Sequence record: OR757453.1
Length of the DNA: 64,000 nt
Reading direction: 5' to 3' (one strand)
Source: Escherichia phage BYEP01
The notes beneath the pieces are model-generated. The model had not been told where the DNA came from and ran no database searches. It worked only from the letters and a program-made list of their open reading frames with translations. Positions 27,720-38,968 of this stretch are shown here, in pieces. Positions within the stretch are counted from its first letter, which is position 1. Each line of letters opens with the position of its first letter. The position numbers and the translations under genes are program-made.

Positions 27720-29147
27720 GTGGTAGAAATTATTCTTTCTCATCTCATATTTGATCAAGCTTATTTTTCAAAAGTTTGGCCATATATGGATTCAGAATAT
27801 TTTGAAAGTGGTCCAGCTAAAAATACATTCAAATTAATTAAATCTCATGTTAATGAGTACCATAGCGTTCCATCCATTAATGCGTTAAATGTTGCATTAG
27901 AAAATAGTTCATTTACTGAAACAGAATATTCTGGTGTAAAAACACTTATTTCAAAACTAACCGATTCTCCGGAAGACCACAGCTGGTTAGTAAAAGAAAC
28001 AGAAAAATATGTTCAGCAAAGGGCGATGTTTAATGCTACGTCTAAAATAATTGAAATTCAAACTAATGCTGAGCTTCCTCCGGAAAAACGAAATAAGAAA
28101 ATGCCAGATGTAGGTGCTATTCCTGACATCATGCGCCAAGCATTATCAATTTCATTTGATAGCTACGTTGGTCATGATTGGATGGATGACTACGAAGCAC
28201 GTTGGCTATCTTATATGAATAAAGCTCGTAAGGTTCCATTTAAACTCAAAATTCTAAATAAAATTACTAAAGGCGGAGCTGAAACTGGAACACTGAACGT
28301 TTTAATGGCTGGTGTTAACGTTGGTAAGTCATTAGGTCTGTGTTCATTGGCAGCAGATTATTTACAGCTCGGTCATAATGTTCTTTACATTTCAATGGAA
28401 ATGGCAGAAGAAGTCTGTGCTAAGCGTATTGACGCTAATATGCTTGATGTTTCTCTTGATGACATTGATGATGGGCATATTTCTTACGCTGAGTATAAAG
28501 GAAAAATGGAAAAATGGCGTGAGAAATCTACTCTCGGCCGTTTAATCGTTAAACAGTATCCTACTGGTGGAGCAGACGCTAATACATTTCGGTCGCTTTT
28601 AAATGAATTAAAGCTCAAGAAGAATTTTGTTCCAACAATCATTATTGTTGACTATCTGGGTATTTGTAAATCTTGCCGCATCAGAGTTTATTCAGAAAAT
28701 AGTTACACAACTGTTAAAGCTATCGCAGAGGAATTGCGTGCTCTGGCTGTTGAAACCGAAACTGTTCTTTGGACTGCAGCACAGGTTGGTAAACAAGCTT
28801 GGGACTCTTCCGATGTTAACATGAGCGATATTGCAGAATCTGCTGGTCTTCCAGCGACAGCTGATTTTATGCTTGCGGTCATTGAAACCGAGGAGCTAGC
28901 AGCTGCTGAACAGCAACTCATTAAGCAAATCAAATCACGATACGGTGATAAGAATAAATGGAATAAGTTTTTGATGGGTGTTCAAAAAGGAAATCAGAAA
29001 TGGGTAGAAATTGAACAAGATTCTACTCCAACTGAAGTGAGTGAAGTAGCAGGTTCACAGCAGATTCAGGCTGAGCAGAATCGCTATCAAAGAAACGAAT
29101 CGACTCGAGCTCAGTTAGATGCTTTGGCGAATGAATTAAAATTTTAG
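27720..29147 (+). CDS. 41: replicative DNA helicase gp41 (DnaB-like), 475 aa
   Basis: Walker A GVNVGKS; GTG start with SD aaggag; length 475 aa. Confidence 0.9.
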   Translation: MVEIILSHLIFDQAYFSKVWPYMDSEYFESGPAKNTFKLIKSHVNEYHSVPSINALNVALENSSFTETEYSGVKTLISKLTDSPEDHSWLVKETEKYVQQRAMFNATSKIIEIQTNAELPPEKRNKKMPDVGAIPDIMRQALSISFDSYVGHDWMDDYEARWLSYMNKARKVPFKLKILNKITKGGAETGTLNVLMAGVNVGKSLGLCSLAADYLQLGHNVLYISMEMAEEVCAKRIDANMLDVSLDDIDDGHISYAEYKGKMEKWREKSTLGRLIVKQYPTGGADANTFRSLLNELKLKKNFVPTIIIVDYLGICKSCRIRVYSENSYTTVKAIAEELRALAVETETVLWTAAQVGKQAWDSSDVNMSDIAESAGLPATADFMLAVIETEELAAAEQQLIKQIKSRYGDKNKWNKFLMGVQKGNQKWVEIEQDSTPTEVSEVAGSQQIQAEQNRYQRNESTRAQLDALANELKF

Positions 29148-29176
29148 TTTACAAGCTGACAAGACTATGGTATAGT
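29147..29176 (+). promoter_or_regulatory. T4-type early promoter
   Basis: gtttac 29147-29152, tatagt 29171-29176. Confidence 0.45.
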
Positions 29177-29205
29177 AGTCTTGTTGGTTAAATGAGGAGA
29201 TTGTT

Positions 29206-29388
29206 ATGGAATTGGTAAAGGTAGTTTTTATGGGGTGGTTTAAGAATGAAAGCATGTTTACTAAAGAAATCACAATGATGAAAGATGACGTTCAATGGGC
29301 TACTACTCAATATGCTGAAGTTAATAAAGCACTAGTTAAAGCTTTCATTGATGACAAGAAAGTATGCGAAGTGGATTGCCGAGGATAA
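29206..29388 (+). CDS. dmd: Dmd (discriminator of mRNA degradation, antitoxin), 60 aa
   Basis: 60-aa protein at the 61.5 position; SD gaggag. Confidence 0.6.
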   Translation: MELVKVVFMGWFKNESMFTKEITMMKDDVQWATTQYAEVNKALVKAFIDDKKVCEVDCRG

Positions 29389-29389
29389 T

Positions 29390-29647
29390 ATGCACATTGT
29401 TTTATTTAAACCTACTCCGTATAATGTCAGGAAAAATACTCAATTCAAAGCACTTGTTGCAGATACGTGGGAATTGGTGTTAGATATTCCAGCAGAAGAA
29501 AGTCCTCCATTTGGTCGAGTGGAATTTATTAAATTTGCTGTGCGCCCTACGAAGCGACAGATTCGTCAATGCAAAAGATACTTTCGTAAAATCGTCAAGT
29601 TAGAGAAACAGTTTGTAACATGTGATTATGCAGAAGTTTTAAAATAA
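29390..29647 (+). CDS. hypothetical protein, 85 aa
   Basis: ATG 29390 with SD gagga. Confidence 0.5.
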   Translation: MHIVLFKPTPYNVRKNTQFKALVADTWELVLDIPAEESPPFGRVEFIKFAVRPTKRQIRQCKRYFRKIVKLEKQFVTCDYAEVLK

Positions 29648-29705
29648 GTGTTTACTTTTGTTGAAAATTGAGATACTATAAACATAAACTACTGAGGAGA
29701 TTATC

Positions 29706-29999
29706 ATGAAAAAATTTGTTTTTGCTGCAATTTTTGCTTTGGCTTCTTGTGCTGCTCAGCCTGCTATGGCAGGTTATGATAAAGATTTGTGTGAATGGTC
29801 TATGACCGCAGATCAGACTGAGGTTGAAACTCAAATTGAAGCGGATATTATGAATATCGTTGAGCGTGATCGTCCTGAAATGAAAGCTGAAGTACAAAAA
29901 CAACTTAAGTCTGGTGGTGTAATGCAGTATAATTATGTTCTGTATTGCGATAAAAACTTTAATAATAAAAATATCATCGCTGAAGTGGTAGGTGAGTAA
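29706..29999 (+). CDS. sp: periplasmic protein Spackle, 97 aa
   Basis: Signal peptide MKKFVFAAIFALASCAAQPAMA; length 97 aa as T4 Sp. Confidence 0.65.
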   Translation: MKKFVFAAIFALASCAAQPAMAGYDKDLCEWSMTADQTEVETQIEADIMNIVERDRPEMKAEVQKQLKSGGVMQYNYVLYCDKNFNNKNIIAEVVGE

Positions 30000-30011
30000 T
30001 TAGAGGCTAAT

Positions 30012-30176
30012 ATGAAAACATATAAAGAATTTATCAAAGAAGATATGGTCGCTGGAGATTCAGGTGGTAATCCTGAAAATATCTCTACTGGAACAACGTC
30101 AGGTGCTGTAGTAAATAAAGGTCCTGAACAGATTCCTAAAAAGAAAAAAGAGGAATCTAAAGAAAAAGAAGAGTAA
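30012..30176 (+). CDS. hypothetical lysine-rich protein, 54 aa
   Basis: Untracked ORF with SD gagg. Confidence 0.4.
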   Translation: MKTYKEFIKEDMVAGDSGGNPENISTGTTSGAVVNKGPEQIPKKKKEESKEKEE

Positions 30177-30178
30177 AA

Positions 30179-31207
30179 ATGTCATCAATACCTTGGATTG
30201 ATAATGAGTTTGCATACCGTGCATTAGCTCATTTACCTAAATTCACACAAGTAAATAATAGTTCAACTTTTAAATTACGGTTTAGATGCCCTGTTTGTGG
30301 AGATTCAAAAACCGACCAAAATAAAGCCCGTGGATGGTATTATGGCGATAATAATGAAGGAAATATTCATTGTTATAACTGCAACTATCATGCACCAATC
30401 GGAATATATTTAAAGGAGTTTGAACCTGATTTATATCGTGAGTATATCTTTGAAATAAGAAAAGAAAAAGGTAAAAGTCGTCCAGTAGAAAAACCTAAAG
30501 AACTTCCTAAACAACCTGAGAAGAAAATAATTAAATCTCTTCCGTCATGCATTAGATTAGATAAACTGGCGGAAGACCATCCAATTATAAAATACGTAAA
30601 AGCTCGCTGTATTCCAAAGGATAAATGGAAATATCTTTGGTTTACAACCGAATGGCCTAAATTAGTTAATAGCATAGCACCAGGAACATACAAAAAGGAA
30701 ATACCTGAGCCTCGTCTTGTTATTCCAATTTATAATGCTAATGGAAAAGCTGAGTCTTTTCAAGGACGTGCATTAAAGAAAGATGCTCCTCAAAAATATA
30801 TCACCATCAAAGCTTATCCTGAGGCAACAAAAATCTATGGAGTCGAACGAGTCAAAGATGGTGATGTATATGTTCTAGAAGGACCTATAGATTCACTTTT
30901 TATTGAAAATGGTATAGCTATTACAGGTGGTCAATTAGACCTAGAAATTGTTCCATTTAAAGATAGACGTGTATGGGTTTTAGATAATGAACCTCGTCAC
31001 CCTGATACTATTAAACGAATGACTAAATTAGTTGATGCAGGAGAAAGGGTTATGTTTTGGGACAAATCTCCCTGGAAATCAAAAGATGTTAATGATATGA
31101 TTAGAAAGGAAGGTGCAACCCCTGAACAAATTATGGAATATATGAAAAATAATATTGCGCAGGGGTTAATGGCTAAAATGCGGCTATCTAAATATGCTAA
31201 GATTTAA
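30179..31207 (+). CDS. 61: DNA primase gp61, 342 aa
   Basis: Zinc ribbon CPVCGDS...CYNC and TOPRIM region; length 342 aa. Confidence 0.9.
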   Translation: MSSIPWIDNEFAYRALAHLPKFTQVNNSSTFKLRFRCPVCGDSKTDQNKARGWYYGDNNEGNIHCYNCNYHAPIGIYLKEFEPDLYREYIFEIRKEKGKSRPVEKPKELPKQPEKKIIKSLPSCIRLDKLAEDHPIIKYVKARCIPKDKWKYLWFTTEWPKLVNSIAPGTYKKEIPEPRLVIPIYNANGKAESFQGRALKKDAPQKYITIKAYPEATKIYGVERVKDGDVYVLEGPIDSLFIENGIAITGGQLDLEIVPFKDRRVWVLDNEPRHPDTIKRMTKLVDAGERVMFWDKSPWKSKDVNDMIRKEGATPEQIMEYMKNNIAQGLMAKMRLSKYAKI

Positions 31208-31404
31208 ATTAACCCAACTAAAGCAAATGCTAAATCTACGAATGTATCAAGAGTAACTACTGGAATACTAACGCCATGAGCAATAGCAACTGGCGATAAA
31301 ACAAAATTCCAAAGTAAAATTCCTACCATAGCAGAAATAGTAAAAGCTATACGTTTTTTATTACCTTTTATGGCATTAACAAGTGCCATTAATTTTTGTA
31401 CCAT
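31204..31404 (-). CDS. small membrane protein, 66 aa, on opposite strand
   Basis: Strong SD (ggagg) 7 nt upstream of ATG on minus strand; hydrophobic; stop overlaps primase stop. Confidence 0.45.
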   Translation of the reverse strand: MVQKLMALVNAIKGNKKRIAFTISAMVGILLWNFVLSPVAIAHGVSIPVVTLDTFVDLAFALVGLI

Positions 31405-31452
31405 GTGTCGTCCTCCTTTAAATTAATATTTATCGCAAATTTTACAAAATTT

Positions 31453-31482
31453 GTTTACTTTCTCAGCTTGTTATGGTATTAT
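31453..31482 (+). promoter_or_regulatory. T4-type early promoter
   Basis: gtttac 31453-31458, tattat 31477-31482. Confidence 0.5.
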
Positions 31483-31507
31483 AAAATAAACTGCTGAGGA
31501 TAATATA

Positions 31508-32847
<1,340 letters not shown>

Positions 32848-32907
32848 CTGCTTATATATTCAAATGATATAATTATTTAACTTATTAATGAATTGAAAGG
32901 AAAAATA

Positions 32908-33423
32908 ATGGCATACTTTAATGAATGTTCACAACTGATCGAAGGCGCTGATAAAGCTCAAAATGAATACTGGGATATTCTCGGTGATGAAAAAGACCCA
33001 CTACAGGTTATGCTTGATATGCAGAAATCTTTGCAGGTTCGTTTAGCAAATGACCGCGAATACTGCTATCATCCAGATAAATTAGAAACTGCCGGTGATG
33101 TTGTTTCTTGGATGCGTGAACAAAAAGACTGTATTGATGATGAATTCCGCGAACTTCTGACTTCTCTTGGTGAAATGTCACGTGGTGAAAAAGATGCATC
33201 GGCAGTTTGGAAAAAATGGAAAGCACGTTATATTGAAGCGCAAGAAAAACGCATTGATGAAATGTCCCCAGAAGATCAGCTCGAAATTAAATTTGAGCTT
33301 GTGGATATATTTCATTTCGTATTAAATATGTTTGCTGGCCTTGGAATGAATGCGGAAGAAATTTTTAAACTTTATTATTTGAAAAATAAACATAATTTTG
33401 AACGTCAAGATAATGGGTATTAA
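32908..33423 (+). CDS. 56: dCTP pyrophosphatase gp56, 171 aa
   Basis: MazG-like sequence; ATG 32908 with SD aagga; length 171 aa. Confidence 0.85.
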   Translation: MAYFNECSQLIEGADKAQNEYWDILGDEKDPLQVMLDMQKSLQVRLANDREYCYHPDKLETAGDVVSWMREQKDCIDDEFRELLTSLGEMSRGEKDASAVWKKWKARYIEAQEKRIDEMSPEDQLEIKFELVDIFHFVLNMFAGLGMNAEEIFKLYYLKNKHNFERQDNGY

Positions 33424-34087
33424 ACAAAAATTTTATAGAACATATATAGTAAAAGTTAGGACGCCGAAAGGCGTCTTTTGGTACGCTGGGAAACATGAAT
33501 CATTTATTGTAAATCCATATGATGATAAATATCCGGGTTCAGGCAAAATACTATGGAACATATATCGTAAGTATGGTTTTAATTATAAAATACGTTGGTC
33601 AAAATGCCATGGTTCTAGAGAAAAATCATATGAAGTTGAACGCGAGCTAATATCTGCATTAAAACGTAAACACCCAGATACTTGCATTAATATTTCTCCT
33701 GGTGGTCAGGGTGGAGAAGGAAGAAAATGGACTGAGCAACAACGATTAGAACATAAACTTAGATTAAACAACCCTGAAACAAAAACTCGGATGAAGAATT
33801 CACAACGTATAGCCCAAAATAGAGCAGAACGAAAAGCTCGGCAATCTGAAGTAATGAAAAAGTTTTATTCAAATGGCGGAAATAAAAAGATTTCAGAAGG
33901 AACTTCAAGGGCGCAAAGAAAAGCACCGCATTGGCATGAACCACTTAAAAGCGAAATACACGAGTTATGGGTTTCTTTAGGTAAACCAGCAACAGGCCCG
34001 GTTGTAAAGGCGCTTAAAGGAAAATATGATGTAACAAGTTCAGCTCTTAAGAATTTAATTTACTTATTCAGAAAAGAAGATGTATAA
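33413..34087 (+). CDS. segF: GIY-YIG homing endonuclease SegF-like, 224 aa
   Basis: YIVKVRTPKGVFWYAGKH GIY-YIG variant; position between 56 and soc; length 224 aa. Confidence 0.75.
   Translation: MGIKQKFYRTYIVKVRTPKGVFWYAGKHESFIVNPYDDKYPGSGKILWNIYRKYGFNYKIRWSKCHGSREKSYEVERELISALKRKHPDTCINISPGGQGGEGRKWTEQQRLEHKLRLNNPETKTRMKNSQRIAQNRAERKARQSEVMKKFYSNGGNKKISEGTSRAQRKAPHWHEPLKSEIHELWVSLGKPATGPVVKALKGKYDVTSSALKNLIYLFRKEDV
33459..33480 (+). terminator. terminator-like hairpin inside the 5' end of segF coding region
   Basis: gacgcc-gaaa-ggcgtc plus TTTT, 36 nt after gene 56 stop. Confidence 0.45.
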
Positions 34088-34090
34088 ATA
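34083..34090 (+). promoter_or_regulatory. late promoter TATAAATA
   Basis: Exact TATAAATA about 30 nt upstream of soc ATG. Confidence 0.6.
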
Positions 34091-34120
34091 ATCATGTAAT
34101 TTAAATAAAAGGAGAATTAC

Positions 34121-34366
34121 ATGGCTAGTACTCGCGGTTATGTTAATATCAAAACATTTGAGCAGAAATTAGATGGAAATAAGAAAATTGAAGGAAAGGA
34201 AATTTCAGTAGCTTTCCCTCTTTATTCTGACGTTCACAAAATTTCTGGCGCTCATTACCAGACATTCCCTTCAGAAAAAGCAGCATATACTACTGTATAT
34301 GAAGAAAATCAGCGTACTGAATGGATTGCTGCAAACGAAGATTTGTGGAAAGTAACTGGCGGTTAA
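34121..34366 (+). CDS. soc: small outer capsid protein Soc
   Basis: Protein MASTRGYVNIKTFEQKLDGNKKIEG... recognised as T4 Soc. Confidence 0.9.
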   Translation: MASTRGYVNIKTFEQKLDGNKKIEGKEISVAFPLYSDVHKISGAHYQTFPSEKAAYTTVYEENQRTEWIAANEDLWKVTGG

Positions 34367-34373
34367 TAATTCA

Positions 34374-34399
34374 AGGACTCCTTCGGGAGTCCTTTTTTC
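34374..34399 (+). terminator. rho-independent terminator
   Basis: ggactccttcgggagtcc hairpin plus TTTTTT. Confidence 0.65.
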
Positions 34400-34408
34400 A
34401 TTTTACCG

Positions 34409-34438
34409 GTTTACTTTCCAAAACAAGTATGGTATAAT
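34409..34438 (+). promoter_or_regulatory. T4-type early promoter
   Basis: gtttac 34409-34414, tataat 34433-34438. Confidence 0.5.
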
Positions 34439-34464
34439 AGAATTATCTTATAGAGGAGAGCACT

Positions 34465-34671
34465 ATGTTAAATCGTTGGATTAAACCAAATGAAGATTTA
34501 GATATTATCATTTCACGGCATGTAATGAAGAAATATGAACTACAGCCATGGTCTACAGAAGTTGTTGTGCATTCATTTATGATGTATGCAGATGGTTCTG
34601 TCGAATTTAATGCAGAGATTCGATATGATTATGGTGAGAAGCAAGTCGAATTCAAGAGAGGCTTTTTGTAA
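34465..34671 (+). CDS. hypothetical protein, 68 aa
   Basis: ATG with SD gagga. Confidence 0.5.
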   Translation: MLNRWIKPNEDLDIIISRHVMKKYELQPWSTEVVVHSFMMYADGSVEFNAEIRYDYGEKQVEFKRGFL

Positions 34672-35012
34672 TGTTTATCTTTAATTGGTTTAAAAGTTTC
34701 TTTACGGATTTTTTCTCTACAACTCCCGGAGAAGGTGTAGTTCCTATTTCAAATGACTACCTTCCTTTAACTGTAGTTGAATATGTTTATATGGGAGATG
34801 GAACAGTAGAAGCAGTTACTATGACTTATGAAGAAGCCCAAGAATATTATAAAAATCCTTGGCGCTGGTCAACACCTGCTGCATCATCTAATACGCAGAA
34901 TACACAGTCTAGTTCTGATTCATATGACACTAATGTTCCTGTTCATGTATGGACGGGCGATTCGTGTGGAAGTTCTTGTGATTCTAGTTGTTCATCTGCA
35001 TCTTGTGATTGA
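34671..35012 (+). CDS. hypothetical Ser/Cys-rich protein, 113 aa
   Basis: ORF with ATG. Confidence 0.5.
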   Translation: MFIFNWFKSFFTDFFSTTPGEGVVPISNDYLPLTVVEYVYMGDGTVEAVTMTYEEAQEYYKNPWRWSTPAASSNTQNTQSSSDSYDTNVPVHVWTGDSCGSSCDSSCSSASCD

Positions 35013-35020
35013 GGAAAATT

Positions 35021-35506
35021 ATGGAAGCGATTTTGTTTGAAATGTATATTAGCAGTAATAGTATGTCGTTTGCTAAAGACGTTCCAATTACTGTAGCAGT
35101 AATGATTGATAAGGGTTATTGTGACCCAATGTATCTTGTAGAAAATTTCGTTTCAATGCCAGTTCCAGAAGATGCTGAAATAAAACTTAAAAAGATCGGA
35201 ATTATTGAAACTGTACCAAATATTCCGTTTAGAGCAATTGAAGCATTTACTAAATCCGAATACATTAATGTTAGCGCAGAACAATATAATGATAAGCCTT
35301 TATCTTTTTATTCGTACGATTCACTATATAGTTGGAAAATAGATAAAGGAAATAAATTTATAATTGCAAGTGAAGATGCTTTATCATACTTTATTTCTTC
35401 TATATGGAATAGTTTACATCCAAATTTGCTAAAAATTCATGAATTTGATGATGCTCCTACTGTTGTTTTGGGTAAAGTAAATGAAAGTTCTGAAGAAAAT
35501 GTTTGA
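35021..35506 (+). CDS. mrh: Mrh-like protein (modulator of host RpoH), 161 aa
   Basis: ATG 35021 with SD gagg; length 161 aa matches T4 Mrh; position between soc and modB. Confidence 0.5.
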   Translation: MEAILFEMYISSNSMSFAKDVPITVAVMIDKGYCDPMYLVENFVSMPVPEDAEIKLKKIGIIETVPNIPFRAIEAFTKSEYINVSAEQYNDKPLSFYSYDSLYSWKIDKGNKFIIASEDALSYFISSIWNSLHPNLLKIHEFDDAPTVVLGKVNESSEENV

Positions 35507-35684
35507 ATGGTTCAATAGACCAAACTCAATGTACATTGATGATGGTTGGGTTGAACAAGCAAATAAAGAAATGCAGAACGAACCAGAAGAATGGATGAAA
35601 TCAATGATTAGAATTGAGAAAGAAAAGAAATTAGAACGCTCAGCGCTTAAATTGATGAGAGACATCTATGGGGATAAATCATGA
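35499..35684 (+). CDS. hypothetical protein, 61 aa
   Basis: ATG 35499 in frame of track ORF. Confidence 0.45.
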   Translation: MFEWFNRPNSMYIDDGWVEQANKEMQNEPEEWMKSMIRIEKEKKLERSALKLMRDIYGDKS

Positions 35685-35845
35685 ACAGAGATATGACGTT
35701 AGAAGAGGCCAAGGCTAAAGCAAATGAAGCATTGGATTTGCTTCTCAAAATTGGCAGTAAAATGATGGAAGAAAATGAGAAATATATCCAGGAAAACAAA
35801 ATTCCTGACGGCCCATTAGTAGGCAAGAGGAAATCGCATGATTGA
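35681..35845 (+). CDS. hypothetical protein, 54 aa
   Basis: Untracked ORF with ATGA coupling. Confidence 0.4.
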   Translation: MNRDMTLEEAKAKANEALDLLLKIGSKMMEENEKYIQENKIPDGPLVGKRKSHD

Positions 35846-36308
35846 AGTAGCAAAACATTATTCAATAGAATTTATGTCTAAAGAAGGTAAATCAGTAAAT
35901 ACACTTGATAAAGAGTGCTCATTAATTATTCCTTTAGCAGAAAATCCGGATCTTTTAATTAAAGATATAAAAGAAAGAAAATATCCAGAAAATGTTATTC
36001 TAATTATAAAGCATACTGAAGATATTTTGCAGAATACTGATTCACCGTTTTCTTCTTCTGAAGCTTTAACTATTAAAGGCTATAAAAGAGCTCATGAATA
36101 TGGTCTTTTTGACCTGTTTGAAGACGATAAAGTTAAATTAGCGAGTCAACCTTCTAAAAGTAAAACATTCATTATTGAAGATATTAAAGATATAAATGCA
36201 TTTGTTAAGATGGTCTGGGCTCATTTTGATGTTGGACTACGCTGGAGAATGTCCGAAGAAGAAAGAAAGATTATTGAAACTAATCGTTATTTTGGTTTTT
36301 ATCGCTAG
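35838..36308 (+). CDS. hypothetical protein, 156 aa
   Basis: ORF with ATG. Confidence 0.55.
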   Translation: MIEVAKHYSIEFMSKEGKSVNTLDKECSLIIPLAENPDLLIKDIKERKYPENVILIIKHTEDILQNTDSPFSSSEALTIKGYKRAHEYGLFDLFEDDKVKLASQPSKSKTFIIEDIKDINAFVKMVWAHFDVGLRWRMSEEERKIIETNRYFGFYR

Positions 36309-36316
36309 GAATTAAT

Positions 36317-36499
36317 ATGGATTTATTTGAGATGTTAGAAGATAATCATTCTACGAATATCCAGAATGATTCTAGTGATTATAAGAAAGAGTACCGTATA
36401 GTATTACAGAATTATGGAATTGAAGCCCCAGATGCTCTTCTAGAAGAACTAGCTTCATACCATCTTGACCCTCCGCCTTGGGCTCCCTGGGCAAAATAA
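36317..36499 (+). CDS. hypothetical acidic protein, 60 aa
   Basis: ORF with ATG. Confidence 0.45.
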   Translation: MDLFEMLEDNHSTNIQNDSSDYKKEYRIVLQNYGIEAPDALLEELASYHLDPPPWAPWAK

Positions 36500-36510
36500 T
36501 TCAAAAAGTT

Positions 36511-36540
36511 GTTTACTTTCCTTCCTAACAATGATATGAT
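36511..36540 (+). promoter_or_regulatory. T4-type early promoter
   Basis: gtttac 36511-36516, tatgat 36535-36540. Confidence 0.45.
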
Positions 36541-36566
36541 AGCTTCTGAAGTATATGGAGGCTATC

Positions 36567-37190
36567 ATGATTATTAATCTTGCAGATGTTGAACAGTTAT
36601 CTATAAAAGCTGAAAGCGTTGATTTTCAATATGATATGTATAAAAAGGTCTGTGAAAAATTTACTGACTTTGAACAGTCAGTTCTTTGGCAATGCATGGA
36701 AGCCAAAAAGAATGAAGCTCTTCATCAGCAGTTGAATAAAATCGTTAAAAAGCATTTAACTAAATCGCCTTATCAGCTATATCGTGGTATATCAAAATCG
36801 ACAAAAGAACTCATTAAAGATTTACAAGTCGGAGAAGTGTTTTCAACGAACAGAGTAGATTCATTTACTACTAGTTTGCACACAGCATGTGGTTTTTCTT
36901 ATGTTGAGTATTTCACTGAAATAATATTTCGCTTAAAAACTGATAAAGCTTTTAATTATTCTGACCATATCAGCGATATTATACTTTCTTCTCCTAATAC
37001 TGAGTTTAAGTATACATATGAAGATACTGATGGATTAGATTCAGAACGTACTGATAACTTAATGATGATTGTGCGTGAACAAGAATGGATGATTCCAATT
37101 GGAAAGTATAAAATAACTTCTATTTCAAAAGAAAAATTACACGATTCATTTGGAACATTTAAAGTGTATGATATTGAGGTAGTTGAATGA
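36567..37190 (+). CDS. modB: ADP-ribosyltransferase ModB-like, 207 aa
   Basis: R-S-ExE signature (YRGIS, STN, EQEWMIP); SD ggagg before ATG 36567. Confidence 0.65.
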   Translation: MIINLADVEQLSIKAESVDFQYDMYKKVCEKFTDFEQSVLWQCMEAKKNEALHQQLNKIVKKHLTKSPYQLYRGISKSTKELIKDLQVGEVFSTNRVDSFTTSLHTACGFSYVEYFTEIIFRLKTDKAFNYSDHISDIILSSPNTEFKYTYEDTDGLDSERTDNLMMIVREQEWMIPIGKYKITSISKEKLHDSFGTFKVYDIEVVE

Positions 37191-37789
37191 AATATTCAGC
37201 AATGCAATTAAAAGATTTTAAAATCAAATCAATGGATGCATCGGTGCGTGCTTCTATTCGTGAAGAATTACTTTCTGAAGGATTTAATTTATCTGAAATT
37301 GAACTTTTAATTCATTGTATTACTAATAAGCCAGACGATCATTCTTGGTTAAATGAAATAATCAAATCTCGTTTGGTTCCAAACGATAAACCTCTTTGGA
37401 GAGGTGTTCCAGTTGAGACTAAACAGGTGTTAAATCAAGGAATTGATATTATTACATTCGATAAAGTAGTATCAGCTTCATATGATAAAAATATAGCTCT
37501 GCATTTTGCTTCTGGATTAGAATACAACACACAAGTTATTTTTGAATTCAAAGCTCCTATGGTATTTAATTTTCAGGAGTATGCTATAAAAGCTCTACGT
37601 TGTAAAGAATATAGTCCGAGTTTTAAATTTCCAGATAGCCATCGCTATCGTAATATGGAATTAGTTTCAGATGAACAGGAAGTAATGATACCAGCTGGAA
37701 GTGTATTTAGAATTGCGGATAGATATGAATATAAAAAGTATTCAACATACACTATCTATACTCTTGATTTTGAAGGATTTAATCTATAA
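37187..37789 (+). CDS. modA: ADP-ribosyltransferase ModA-like, 200 aa
   Basis: Paralog of upstream gene with LWRGV, SAS, EQEVMIP motifs. Confidence 0.65.
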   Translation: MKYSAMQLKDFKIKSMDASVRASIREELLSEGFNLSEIELLIHCITNKPDDHSWLNEIIKSRLVPNDKPLWRGVPVETKQVLNQGIDIITFDKVVSASYDKNIALHFASGLEYNTQVIFEFKAPMVFNFQEYAIKALRCKEYSPSFKFPDSHRYRNMELVSDEQEVMIPAGSVFRIADRYEYKKYSTYTIYTLDFEGFNL

Positions 37790-37845
37790 TGGAAGGACTT
37801 AGATTCATTATACAATGAAAGTTTTAAAGCATTTTTCATAAAGTT

Positions 37846-37875
37846 GTTTACAAGCTGAAGTAAAAATGTTATAGT
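37846..37875 (+). promoter_or_regulatory. T4-type early promoter
   Basis: gtttac 37846-37851, tatagt 37870-37875. Confidence 0.5.
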
Positions 37876-37904
37876 ATAAGTAGTTAACCGTCCGTGAGAA
37901 AAAT

Positions 37905-38654
37905 ATGAAACTGTCTAAAAATCAAATTCGTAAAATTACACGTCGTCTAGAGCACACTCAGGCATCTGCTAAAAGACGCTCTAAAGATTTTAACTTAGAC
38001 TTCAATTACATTAAGAACATTTTAGATCAGAAAGTTTGCGCTTACTCGGGAGAACCTTTTGATAATCGTATTGAAGGAGAGAAATTATCATTAGAACGTT
38101 TTAATAACGATATCGGCTACATTAAAGGTAATGTTATCCCAGTTAAGAAAAAATATAACACGGCTCGTTCTGATTTAACATTAGAAGAACTTATTGAGAA
38201 ACGTGACGCTATTGCAAGACGTATTGCTAATCCTTCTGCTCGTAAAGTAGAGAAACTTAATCTCGACGAGAAGAAATGGGCCCAAATTAAAAAGGTTTAT
38301 GGTACTATTTTAAAAATCCGAGCAAAGCGTGAAAATCGTGTTAAGCATATGGCGAACATGATGAAAAATCAACCTTTATCTAACGAATCTAAACTTAAAA
38401 TTGTTGCTTTGAAAGCACGCATTAATGGCTCACATCAAGCAGAAGGCCATGAACTTACTAAACTCAACGTTCTTCTTAAAGGCTCTGATTGGAAAACTAA
38501 AACTAAATTAACTGACGCTGAATCGCTTTTCGATACATATGATAAAGTTATCAAAGGTCTGCAACGTTTTGAAAAGATTGGTTTCATTGGTAAATTAAAA
38601 TTGAAACGTGGCTTACCACTTAGTGCATCATTATTCCAACTGATTAAAGGTTAA
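37905..38654 (+). CDS. srd: Srd-like basic protein, 249 aa
   Basis: Position between modA and dda; length as T4 Srd. Confidence 0.5.
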   Translation: MKLSKNQIRKITRRLEHTQASAKRRSKDFNLDFNYIKNILDQKVCAYSGEPFDNRIEGEKLSLERFNNDIGYIKGNVIPVKKKYNTARSDLTLEELIEKRDAIARRIANPSARKVEKLNLDEKKWAQIKKVYGTILKIRAKRENRVKHMANMMKNQPLSNESKLKIVALKARINGSHQAEGHELTKLNVLLKGSDWKTKTKLTDAESLFDTYDKVIKGLQRFEKIGFIGKLKLKRGLPLSASLFQLIKG

Positions 38655-38656
38655 TT

Positions 38657-38968
38657 ATGGTTTATGTATATGCAATAGTTTATCGAGATATGGAAGGATT
38701 TACTGTCCCGGTTCCGCTTGATGAGCATCGTCCTGCAGTATTTTTTAGAAAGGATATTGCAGATAAAGTTTTCGATACTTTGAAAACACAGTATAAAACA
38801 GATTTAAAAATGGGAGTTCTAAGAATGGTCGAAACTCCGCGTAAGTTCTGGTTTAATAAGCTTGAAATGAAACACGTTAAACTAGATGCGGAGACGCAAA
38901 GATTATATCGGCGAATTTTAGATACTGGGCGTATTGTTAGTATACCAATTGCAGGGAATTTACGATGA
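38657..38968 (+). CDS. hypothetical protein, 103 aa
   Basis: ORF with ATG. Confidence 0.5.
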   Translation: MVYVYAIVYRDMEGFTVPVPLDEHRPAVFFRKDIADKVFDTLKTQYKTDLKMGVLRMVETPRKFWFNKLEMKHVKLDAETQRLYRRILDTGRIVSIPIAGNLR

